Part shown: in pieces, positions 25,631-36,693 of the stretch
Numbering within the stretch: the first letter of the stretch is position 1
Layout of the letters: each line of letters begins with the position of its first letter
Assembly (NCBI RefSeq): GCF_964204645.1
Contig: NC_134028.1
Coordinates: forward strand, 17,367,653-17,431,652
DNA from: Tubulanus polymorphus
Taxonomy: Eukaryota > Animalia > Nemertea
Direction: 5' to 3'
DNA length: 64,000 nucleotides
Notes under the pieces: generated by a model
The model's database searches: none
Told to the model about the DNA's origin: nothing
The model's input: only the letters and a program-made list of their open reading frames with translations
Program-made: the position numbers and the translations under genes

Positions 25631-26014
25631 GGCTACTCGTACGGACCCGTACGAATAATTCCGTAGGCTATTCGTACGCACCCGTCGGATAACTCTGAAA
25701 TTATGTGTACGGGAAGGTATAGGGTTAGGGTAAGGTGAGGCTATATGTAGTTAAAACATTCGACCGACTGTCAGCGAGCTCGGTGGTCTAGTGGATTGAT
25801 GCTGCGCTAGTAATTTACTAGCCCGGGTTCGAGTCTCGCTCGATCCGCTATTTTTTCTAACTATTCTCCACACTTTTCTTGAATTTTCTAAGTCGTGCAC
25901 CTCTGTACGCATGCGCGGCGTTTATCGGCCAATCAGCGACAGTTATTAGCGTACAGGTCCTAGTCCCGTACGAATAGCCTCCAGAGTAATCCGTACGGGT
26001 CCGTACGAGTAGCC
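25631..26014 (+). mobile_element. Small IR-bounded element containing a tRNA-like Pol III box A/B head and tagggt repeats
   Basis: Perfect 23-bp IR ggctactcgtacggacccgtacg. Internal TGGTCTAGTGG and GGTTCGAGTC boxes at ~25780-25836. An inverted, diverged relative spans 19384-19447 + 24780-24834 + 25298-25430. Confidence 0.55.
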
Positions 26015-26220
26015 TCAGCGTACTATAAAAGTAATGATGTAAGGTAAAATAGTAGAAGTTAACACTTAGCCGTGGGCCTACGCCAGTTAAATATCCACTT
26101 CGTTTTAAAAATGGCTAAATTTTCTCAATTCAACATGGGAAAATTAAGACCTTTTCGTCAGACGAAAATAGATATACTCTCAAATCAAGTAGAAATAGAC
26201 ATTGGATATCAATCAGCCTT

Positions 26221-27453
<1,233 letters not shown>

Positions 27454-28479
27454 GGTTCGAACCCTGCAATTCCAAAACCTGCCAAAATATTCACGTGCAA
27501 ATGAACCCAGCCTTCGTGCGCGTGGGGCCGTCGCGCAGTTTTGGTCATAAGTCTCAGTGGAAGTACGGCCAGTGCCACGAACCGGGGACTAGAGGCCTGG
27601 CCCCCACTGGGTGGGTGAGCTTAAAAAGATCCAATGCATGCCTTTGCTTACCTCAGCATACACGTGAAGCTTTACCCGACACCGGCTTTGAAAGTCCTGA
27701 ATGATGCTGCGCCAGCGGTTGAGGGCGTTTAAGAAATTAGGACACTTTTCGCGACGTCAAAACAAGTCGACGTATCTGCATCGACTTGTCGGTGTATCCT
27801 CACTAGTCGACAAAATTTTGCCGAGTTATCGAGAAGGCTATCGCGATCTGACGACATGATTTCGGTGACACGGCTTCACAGTCGACATTGGAAAGTTGAT
27901 TCGTCGAATAAACTTCGTGACATGACGACATTTTTTGTCGACAAGTCGCAATAAGGTCACGACAAGTCGCCATAAATTTGACGACGCGCCGATATAGAAG
28001 ACGAAGATACCAGAAATAAGACGACTGAGTATCAAGTCGTCATAAATATATCGACCTGTCGCCAGGAAAATGGTCGAGAAAACGGAATATGTCGTCAAAA
28101 CGTCACGATATATCGACATATTCATATCGACTTGACGCAATATATCGCGATATATCGACATAAATATGACGACTTGTCGAGTTGGAACGCGACATCTCGA
28201 GGCCCCTTATCGCTTCCGCACTTCAAATGACGGCTTGTCCCGGGGAAAATGAGCAAATAAGCGAAATTTGTCGTGAAAACGTCACGATATGTAGACATAT
28301 TCATGTGGACTTGACACGATATATCGCGATATATCGACATAAATATGGCGACTTGTCGAGTTTGAACGCGACAACTCGAGGCCCTTTATCGCTTCCGTAC
28401 TATATCAGATTAATCGACTTCAAAATAGGCGAAAGCATGTGTCTTTATTACGTTATTAATTCGCCTAATTATTCAAAAA

Positions 28480-30259
28480 CTAATAATGTGGGCGACAAAA
28501 CGAAAAAAATTAATTGTCGCGGGCGATAAAACCAAAATAATCAATTGTCACAGGCGATAAAACCAAAATAATCAATTGTCGCTGGTGATAAAACCAAAAT
28601 ATTGAATTGTCGCGGGCGACAAAACCAAAAAAATGAATTGTCGCAGGCGATAAAACCAAAATAATGAATTGTCGCGGGCGACAAAACCAAAATATTCAAT
28701 TGTCGCGGGCAACAAAACCAAACTAATGAATTGTCACGGGCGATTAAACCAAAATAATAAATTGTCGCAGGCGATAAAACCAAAAAAATGAATTGTCGCG
28801 GGCGATAAAACCACAGGGACTTGTCACAATTGATAATGAATGAATAAAACCAATATCAATGACCAGGTCCACTATCCCTGTATAATATAAAAAACAAGGG
28901 TGGCAACAAATTACTACGATATCACGTGATTAATGGCCGCCCAGTTGATGACAAGTTGAACGCCGTGTTCGTCCTCATTTTCGATTTTGAGCTTGTGAGC
29001 TCACCCATCGCGTGGATTATACAAATAAATGAGATAAGCGTACAGGTATGACCGCGTTGTTTTAAAAAATGTATGGTTTGTTGGGGTTTTCTCTAAGATC
29101 TCACATAGAAATCATCGTTTGAATTGAAAAAAACGACCATTTTGCTGTCCACCATAGAATCGGTAGACCTCCATTTTGAGCTATCTCTCGTCAAAAAAAG
29201 GTGATTTCGTTGTGAGATAATTGTCGGAGAGTGGTGGTTGTAGGCTCGTTCGAAGCAGAAAGTCTTCTAGGTTGTATTAAAGCTTATTTCATGTGAATCG
29301 GTTGAGAATTTTTGGAATTACAGTCGATTGAAGTGGAGAAGTCATTGTCAGATTGAAAATTTGTTGCCACCCTTGTTATTTTATTATACAGTTGCAGGGA
29401 TACTGGTACCCCCATCATTGGTCTCATCAATTATCAGTCGTGACAAGTCCCTGTGGATAAAACCAAAATCATGAATTGTCGCGGGCGACAAAACCAAAAT
29501 ATTCAATTGTCGCGGGCGACAAAACCAAACTAATGAATTGTCGCGGGCGATAATACCAAAATAATGAATTGTCGCAGGGATAAAACCAAAATATTGAAGT
29601 GTCGGAGGCGATAAAACCGCGACAAAAAGAAAGAAAAAATTGTCGCGGGCGATAAAACCAAAATAATGAATTGTCGCGGGCGATAAAACCAAAATATTGA
29701 ATTGTCGTGGGCCAAAAATCCAAAAAATGAATTGTCGCGGGCGATAAAACCAAAATAATGAATTGTCGCGGGCGACAAAACCAAAATATTAAATTGTCGC
29801 GGGCGACAAATCCAAAAAATGAATTGTCGCGGCAGAAAAACAAAAATCTTGAATTGTCGCGGTCGACAAAACCAAACTAATGAATTGTCGCGGGCGATAA
29901 AACCAAAATAATGAATTGTCGCGGGCGATAAAACCAAAATAATGAATTGTCGCGGGCGATAAAACAAAAATAATGAATTGTCGCGGGCGATAAAACCAAA
30001 ATATTGAATTGTCATGGGCGACAAAACCAAAATATTGATTTGTCGCGGGTGACAAAACCAAATTAATGAATTGTCGCTGGCGATAAAACCAAAATAATGA
30101 ATTGTCGCGGGCGATAAAACCAAAATAGTGAATTGTAGCGGGCGACAAAACCAAAATTATTGTTTTGTCGCGTTATTTTTGTTTTGTCGTTTTGTCATAA
30201 TGTCGCCCTAATTTGCATATACGTGTTTTTTTTACGCATGGCCCTTATCAGCCACCATA
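28480..30259. repeat. 31-bp minisatellite (ttgtcgcgggcgataaaaccaaaataatgaa)n ending in an IS3EU-like terminus cccttatcagccaccata
   Basis: Tandem 30-31-bp units, interrupted by a MITE. Second array at 62460-63516. Confidence 0.9.
28812..29455. mobile_element. 644-bp MITE with 8-bp TSD (P- or hAT-type)
   Basis: TIR cacagggacttgtcac / gtgacaagtccctgtg. TSD gataaaac at 28804-28811 and 29456-29463. Absent from the copy-2 array. Confidence 0.85.
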
Positions 30260-30756
30260 CTAAAGCCTTAAGGTCGCGTAAAACTCGATAAACACTTCAA
30301 GCGACACAGCGAACGATCTCCTTTCCCCCACAGCGAACGATTAACCTAGTAGAGGCTACTAGCCTATGTAGGCCTATGTATATGCGTAGGCCTAACATCC
30401 GGACAGATTGGTCGTAGGCCTATTGAATTTAATAACCCACCTAAATATCCTAAATTTTGTTTTGAAGTTCAATCCAATGAGTCCGTTAATAAACGCAACA
30501 ATTGTACTGTGTTTGTTTGAGACAGTAAAGCTCAGTACCGGTAGGCCTAAAGCCGCGTCAAACTCGATAAACACTTCAAGCGACACAGCGAACGATCCCT
30601 TTCCCCCACAGCGAACGCTTACTCCGAATGTCAAGTGTGAGTCCAGCATACGGAAAGGATTATGTGTTATATACTTGTATTTAGTAAATACCTTGTGCAT
30701 TTGACAATGATCGGTATGTACTGTAGGAAATATAGAGTATTGATGGTATTGATATA

Positions 30757-31305
30757 AGTAATAGGGGTTTAGTTGTTCTATACCAAAGGTCGAAAGGTCG
30801 AGCCCGAGAAATTTTCCAAATGTTAAAATAACAATAATTTCTACTTGAATTAGTCGCGTACACTCCTAATTCAAGTAGAAATTATTATTATTTTAACATT
30901 TGGAAAATTTATCAACCTCAACCTCTCAACCTTTGATATAGAACAACTAAACCCCTATTACTCTATCTAATCACAAGCCTCATAATTTACAAGTCTCAAC
31001 ACGTTGAGTATTCCCTATTACACTAGCCAATCACAAGCCTCATAATTTACAAGTCTCAACACGCAGCTTGGTTTTCCCCACTGTTGAGTAGTATAAATAG
31101 GCGGGACTCACACGCGGTAGGACTCATACGTGGCGGGACGCGTTGAGAGGTAAGTGTTATGTTCAATTTTAATAAAAAATATAGTATTAAAATGGAAGCA
31201 AATAAGTACTACTGTCCAACATGTAATATCGATATAGATAAATCCCAAAAAGCAAGACACAATAAAACTAAAACACATTTAGAGAATAAATTGAAACTAG
31301 AATAT
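30757..31305 (+). repeat. Polinton left TIR
   Basis: Reverse complement of 47402-47950, with about two mismatches seen by eye. Confidence 0.95.
30967..31156 (+). promoter_or_regulatory. Putative Pol II promoter in the TIR: duplicated 37-bp element, TATA box (31092-31099) and GAG|gtaagt donor (31150)
   Basis: aatcacaagcctcataatttacaagtctcaacacg occurs twice and TATAAATA lies ~60 nt upstream of the ORF. The mirror copy sits upstream of pPolB (TATA at 47608-47615). Confidence 0.55.
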
Positions 31306-31428
31306 TTACAGTTATATTCAGAACAGTTAACAAAGGGAAAAAAATTTATTGAATTATGGAATAATGATCCAAATAATGAACAATACGTTGAGGATCCGAT
31401 GTTTATACTAGAAAATGATTCTATTTGA
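31159..31428 (+). CDS. Chimeric 89-aa ORF: pPolB N-terminal zinc finger fused to a duplicate of the HNH ORF C-terminus
   Basis: The first ~49 aa match the pPolB N-terminus (TIR copy, one substitution). The tail LQLYSEQLTKGKKFIELWNNDPNNEQYVE matches the end of 31555-32229. Confidence 0.6.
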   Translation: MFNFNKKYSIKMEANKYYCPTCNIDIDKSQKARHNKTKTHLENKLKLEYLQLYSEQLTKGKKFIELWNNDPNNEQYVEDPMFILENDSI

Positions 31429-31554
31429 GCCTATATACATTCAATGTACAGAGCTATGGAATAAATCTATAAATTCACAGCTGTTACAGCTGTTACTATG
31501 GCGCTGAGATATTATAAAATATTAACCAATTTAGTAAAAAAATACGTATAATAA

Positions 31555-32229
31555 ATGGAACCAGAACAACCACAAACTATCAATATTACAAATAACACTG
31601 GTGTTATAAACATATACTACAAGAAGTGTTCTAAATGTGAATTAGATAAATCATTAACAGAATTTAGTAAGCGTAAGATTAGCAAAGATGGTTTTCAATA
31701 TTGTTGTAAAACTTGTACTAAACTATATACTAAACAATATCGAGAAGATAATATAGAACATTATAATTATTATATGGCAGAATATATGAGAGAAAGATAT
31801 CAAACAGATCTTAATTTTAGATTGAAACAATGCTTAAGGACTAGATTAACACAATTATTCAACAAAGAAACACATTCAGAAACACTATCTAATTTATTGG
31901 GTTGTTCAGATGAATTTCTCATATCATGGATAATATATCAATTCGATGATAAAATGAATGTAGATAATTATGGGGATTATTACCATATTGATCATGTGTT
32001 ACCAATATCTAAATTTAACATGAATGATGAATACAATAAAAAACTTATTTGGGGTTGGAAAAATTTAAGGCCTTTAGAAAAGAAAGAAAATCAAACCAAA
32101 TCTAATAAACTAGATTTACAGTTATATTTAGAACAGTTAACAAAAGCAAAGAAATTTATTGATCAATGGAATAATAATCCAAATAATGAACAATACGTTG
32201 AGGAATTTGATATCAAGGATCCGAAATGA
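31555..32229 (+). CDS. HNH-family endonuclease-like protein with N-terminal Cys cluster
   Basis: KKCSKC...DGFQYCCKTC and YHIDHVLPISKF...WKNLRPL...EN..KSNK. Confidence 0.75.
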   Translation: MEPEQPQTINITNNTGVINIYYKKCSKCELDKSLTEFSKRKISKDGFQYCCKTCTKLYTKQYREDNIEHYNYYMAEYMRERYQTDLNFRLKQCLRTRLTQLFNKETHSETLSNLLGCSDEFLISWIIYQFDDKMNVDNYGDYYHIDHVLPISKFNMNDEYNKKLIWGWKNLRPLEKKENQTKSNKLDLQLYLEQLTKAKKFIDQWNNNPNNEQYVEEFDIKDPK

Positions 32230-32534
32230 CTTATCTGGACAGTTATAGTTACTGCTCCTAATAGATAGACAATAGTAGTGAGATATCAAATAGAATTTAA
32301 ATAAAATATAATAAAAAAAACAATAACTTCAACTAGCTAGTGAATTCTATTATATTTTTAATATTTTCTTTTCAAAAAGAGAATACTTTATATTTTGAAT
32401 AGATCCGAATAGAAATTCTTTAAATTCAAATAGCTAGTATCAGTAGTCAATACTAGAATTCTTTAGCTTTAACTAGCTAGTATCATTTGAAGAATACTTA
32501 TAATATTTTTTTTGCTTTTTTTTCTCTAATATAA

Positions 32535-33137
32535 ATGTCAAAGAAATCTAATAAGAATAGTATTGATATTGAAAAAACATTAGATGATTTAGGTATTAGT
32601 GATAATAAAGATACAGTTGTTTCTAATTCTATTCAAGTTAATAACAATATAGATTATGAATACTATTTATATTGTAAGCATCATCTTGAATTATTAATTG
32701 CTGGCGGGAAATCTAAGGACTTCTTAGGAAAAATAATAACTTTTCAAGAACTAGACTCTATGAAACCCGATAAAGTAATAAAATATTTTAAGATTTATGA
32801 AGAGGCAAGATTAGCTAGAATAAACGACTCTATAAGTGATGGAATTGTCAAATGTTATTCTAAGTTATGTAACCAGTTAATACCAATTGATGATGAAAAT
32901 AAATTATATAATGATTTGAAAAATGACTACTTAGTTATGACTGAATTACAAAAATGGGTTGGTTATGCTTCATTTCAATTAGGATCGGTTATGACATTGA
33001 TTTCTACTGGTGTCATAACATTTTCGAACATCAAGCCTATGGAATATAAATCAGGCAAGAACGAAACAGATGTACTACAACCAAACAGTGAAACAGAAAA
33101 TGAATCAGAACAAAAATTAACTAAAATAAATGAGTGA
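32535..33137 (+). CDS. Polinton hypothetical protein, 200 aa
   Basis: Long ORF in AT-rich DNA with a TAAATG start, inside the TIRs. Confidence 0.75.
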   Translation: MSKKSNKNSIDIEKTLDDLGISDNKDTVVSNSIQVNNNIDYEYYLYCKHHLELLIAGGKSKDFLGKIITFQELDSMKPDKVIKYFKIYEEARLARINDSISDGIVKCYSKLCNQLIPIDDENKLYNDLKNDYLVMTELQKWVGYASFQLGSVMTLISTGVITFSNIKPMEYKSGKNETDVLQPNSETENESEQKLTKINE

Positions 33138-33513
33138 TGGAGTTAAGAAAAAAGCTAGATCCGAGAAACAAATTAAATGGGCAAGAGAATTAGGTAAAAG
33201 ATCTTCAGAATTAAAAAAAGCTAAGAAAAAGAAATTAACTGATATAAATGAATCACAGACTTTATCTGATGGTGCCGTACGACACCCACACGGTGGTATT
33301 GATTCAAATAATAATCCATCTAATTCTTCTAATGCTGGAAGTAATTATAAATTATATATTACAATTGGATTAGTAACAGTTATTATATTATCCGGTGTAA
33401 TATATAAATCAAAATTCAAATCTGATGATAAAGATGATTCCAATGATGATAAACCTATTATACCAGAAAATAAATCAAATGAAACTAAATCTAAATTATT
33501 ATTAATGGATTAA
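33130..33513 (+). CDS. Polinton hypothetical protein, basic N-terminus and one TM segment
   Basis: LYITIGLVTVIILSGVIY hydrophobic stretch and TAAATG start. Confidence 0.7.
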   Translation: MSDGVKKKARSEKQIKWARELGKRSSELKKAKKKKLTDINESQTLSDGAVRHPHGGIDSNNNPSNSSNAGSNYKLYITIGLVTVIILSGVIYKSKFKSDDKDDSNDDKPIIPENKSNETKSKLLLMD

Positions 33514-33516
33514 AAT

Positions 33517-34605
33517 ATGATGAAAAAAGAACAATATTTGAGAGAGTTATATTATAACCCAGAAAGTGAAGTATCATATTCTAACGTTTCAGAATTATGG
33601 AATAAAATTAAATCTGATAAAGAAAAAATAAAATATAGTGAATTAAAATCATGGTTACAAAATCAACCAACATATCAAATCCACAAGAAAATGGATAAAA
33701 AATATTTAACAAGAAAAGTAATGGTTTCATATATTGACCAACAATGGCAAGCTGATTTAATTGACATGAAAAACTTAGAAGAATATAACAAAGGATATTT
33801 TTGGATACTAAATGTTATAGATATATTCAGTAGATACGCATGGAGTATCCCGATTAAAAATTAAACTGGTATAGAAGTTACAAATTCTTTCAAATTAATA
33901 TTTAAAGAAGCTATCCCAGATAAAATACAATTTGATGAAGGTAAAGAATTTTATAACAAACATTTTAAAAAACTATTATCTGATAACGATGTAGAATATT
34001 TTTCAACACATTCAGATAAAAAAGCATCTGTTATAGAAAGATTTAATAAAACATTGAAAACTAGAATGTGGAAATATTTCACCGCTAATGAAACATATAA
34101 ATATATCGATGTGTTAGATGATTTAGTTAAAGGTTATAATAATTCTAAACATAGTTCTATAAATATGAAACCTATACAAGCTAGAAAAGAAGAAAATTCA
34201 GAAATAGTTTGGAATAATTTATATGGAGCATTTGTTACACATGATTTTGGAGAACCTAAATTTAAAATAGGAAAACATGTTAGAATTTCTAAATATAGAA
34301 AAACATTTTATAAAGGTTATACACCTAATTTTACTGAAGAAATATTTAAAATTAAAAAGATAATATTAACTAAACCATTTGTTTATAAATTAGAAGATCT
34401 AAAAGATGAAGAAATATTAGGTTATTTTTATGAACAAGAATTATCATTAGTACCAAATCCAGATGAAATAGAATACAAAATAGAAAAGGTATTGAAAACA
34501 AAAACTCTTAAAGGAAAAAAGTATTCTCTGGTGAAATATAAAGGATATGATGATAAATTTAATGAATGGATTTTATCTAGTAAAATTAAAAGAATAAATG
34601 AATAA
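33517..34605 (+). pseudogene. Polinton rve integrase with C-terminal chromodomain; one in-frame stop at 33862-33864
   Basis: QWQADLIDM, VIDIFSRYAW, QFDEGKEFYN, IERFNKTLKTRMWKYFT, chromodomain YKIEKVL...LVKYKGYDDKFNEWI. The frame continues through a TAA (KN*TG). Confidence 0.9.
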
Positions 34606-35212
34606 AGATTTATTTATATTTGAACCACATAATATGTTAGTTACTGGAGTTACAAATTGTGGTAAAACACACTTCATATTAGACTTGTTAGAAACTATTT
34701 ATAAGAATCATTTTGATAATATAATATTATTCTGCCCAACTTATGAAATGAATGAAACATATAATAGAGATATAGTTTTTAAAGATAAAAAGTTTATTAT
34801 ATTAAATTCTAAAACAGTGAAAGATAATTTAGATAATTGTATAAAAATTGCATTAGATATTTATAAAGGATCTAATACATTATTTATTATCGATGATTGC
34901 GCAAATTTACATGATTCTAAAATTAGAGAAAGTGAGTTATGTTATTTAGCTTTCTCTGGGAGACATTTTGGGATAACAACTTGGGTTTTAAATCAGAAAT
35001 ATAATTCAATTGTGAAAGACTTTAGAGAGAATATAAGATTTCTAGTTTTATTCTACAACAAAGATAGAAAATCTATGCAACAATCATTGGAAGAAAATCA
35101 AATTATACCTCCTGAATTACATGATGAATATATGAATAAATTAAAAAATAATAAAGGTTCCAAATTACTTATGAGATTACAATTTCCATATGAATATAAA
35201 TTTATAAAATAA
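34598..35212 (+). CDS. DNA-packaging ATPase (A32/FtsK-like)
   Basis: Walker A GVTNCGKT, Walker B LFIIDD, and the GRH and NQ motifs. Confidence 0.92.
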   Translation: MNKDLFIFEPHNMLVTGVTNCGKTHFILDLLETIYKNHFDNIILFCPTYEMNETYNRDIVFKDKKFIILNSKTVKDNLDNCIKIALDIYKGSNTLFIIDDCANLHDSKIRESELCYLAFSGRHFGITTWVLNQKYNSIVKDFRENIRFLVLFYNKDRKSMQQSLEENQIIPPELHDEYMNKLKNNKGSKLLMRLQFPYEYKFIK

Positions 35213-35229
35213 AATCCTAATTCAAAATA

Positions 35230-35600
35230 TTATAGAATTCACTGTATACTAATGGATGAGTGGATGAATTGGATGAATTGGATGAGTGGATGAATGGATG
35301 AGTGTAATAATATATAATTTACATATGTTTTTTATTTTTAAAACAGTAAGAGTTTGATTTGAAGTTATTTTATCAATTTTATACTATATTTAAATATTAT
35401 TTTAATAATATATATATATATATTGTGTTAAATTTAATAAAGAATAAAAATATTATATTTATACTCATACTATTCTTCCAATTTATGTGTTAAAAAGTAA
35501 AATATATATATTATTATACTCATCCACTCTTCCACTCATCCAATTCTTCCAACTCATCCAACTCATCCATTCATCCATCAATATACAGTGAATTCTATAA
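35230..35600. repeat. Internal inverted repeat with (tggatgag/aa)n arms between convergent Polinton gene blocks
   Basis: ttatagaattcactgtata...tggatgagtggatgaa versus ctcatcca...tatacagtgaattctataa. Confidence 0.8.
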
Positions 35601-35605
35601 TCTTT

Positions 35606-36661
35606 TTAATTTTCATTTTCATATTTTTCTTTAAGCTTATTGTATTCTAAATATATATCCCTTTGCATTTTCTTTGGTATAATTCCTAAATAATTCTCGA
35701 GTTTATATTTCCTAAATGTTTCTCTTGAAAATATTTTTGGAATATAATTTTCGATTTCAGTTTTAGATGGATGTTTATTTAAAAATTCTCTAAAATCATC
35801 ATATTTAAGTTCAAATAAATTCATTGCATAAGTAACATTTGGTTTAAAGTTATCTAACTTTTTCAATATGGTAACTATATCATTACTCAATAAATAATCT
35901 ATAAATGTTTTTCTATACCACCGATAATCTAATATATTCTTATTATTAAATTTTGGATTTATAACTGTTGGATTTTCTATTACATTATCTGTACCAATAT
36001 GTTTAATTGAGTATTTATGATTCAATTGTTTATCATATATTACATATTCTTTACATTTTTCACACCAAGATTTAAATACTTGTATTGCATGGGCCGAATC
36101 ATTTCCACCTTTTGTTTTTAATTTATAATGTTTTGCCCAATTAGCCTTTGTTATACATTCATTACAGAAGGCACAATAATTCTGATCCTCTTTGCATTTA
36201 TCTTTATATATATTGGCATATGTTTTTACTAATTGTAAAATATGTTCATCTTTTTTGATGTGTAATAAATAATCATTATAATTATCAAAATCTTCTTCAC
36301 AATACATACATCTGATGTTATCTTTTGGTTGAACATTTGATTTTTCTATTTTAGGTTCAATATTATATTCTATTTTTGTTTCAATCTTATCATCATTCGA
36401 TGTAGAAGGTATAACATTATCTTCTATTTTAGATTCAATATCATTCTTATCTTCTATTTTAGGTTCAATATTATCTTCTTTTTTAGGTTCAATATTATCT
36501 TCTATTTTTGTTTCAATATTCTTATCTATTTTACTTATTCTATATTTGAATTGATTAAAGTAATCTCCAAAATACTTACTGTATTCATCATAAGGTAATA
36601 TATAATATATATCTGATATCATTTCACTTGGAGATTGTATTTCATATATTCCACCTTCCAT
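35606..36661 (-). CDS. Polinton zinc-finger protein with IE(P/T)KIEDN repeats, 351 aa
   Basis: CMYC...H...H, CAFC...H...H and CEKC...H...H motifs, plus tandem 8-aa repeats. Confidence 0.8.
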   Translation of the reverse strand: MEGGIYEIQSPSEMISDIYYILPYDEYSKYFGDYFNQFKYRISKIDKNIETKIEDNIEPKKEDNIEPKIEDKNDIESKIEDNVIPSTSNDDKIETKIEYNIEPKIEKSNVQPKDNIRCMYCEEDFDNYNDYLLHIKKDEHILQLVKTYANIYKDKCKEDQNYCAFCNECITKANWAKHYKLKTKGGNDSAHAIQVFKSWCEKCKEYVIYDKQLNHKYSIKHIGTDNVIENPTVINPKFNNKNILDYRWYRKTFIDYLLSNDIVTILKKLDNFKPNVTYAMNLFELKYDDFREFLNKHPSKTEIENYIPKIFSRETFRKYKLENYLGIIPKKMQRDIYLEYNKLKEKYENEN

Positions 36662-36693
36662 TTATTATATACATTTTTATTAAAGTTAAAATT

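Noticed and set aside
25774-25843. Possible tRNA gene
   Set aside because: Has A/B boxes, but I could not build a convincing cloverleaf or anticodon arm. It lies within a repeat family.
27651-27733. Strong minus-strand donor (GAG|gtaagc) as candidate first exon of the CIDE-N gene
   Set aside because: The phase needed to join the 18788 exon contains a stop and no frame resembles the CIDE-N N-terminus. At most a non-coding exon.
28480-30160. Regular ~31-bp repeats that look like a CRISPR array, and overlapping ORFs (also 62444-63411)
   Set aside because: Head-to-tail units with no unique spacers, no cas genes and a eukaryotic context. The ORFs are repeat translations.
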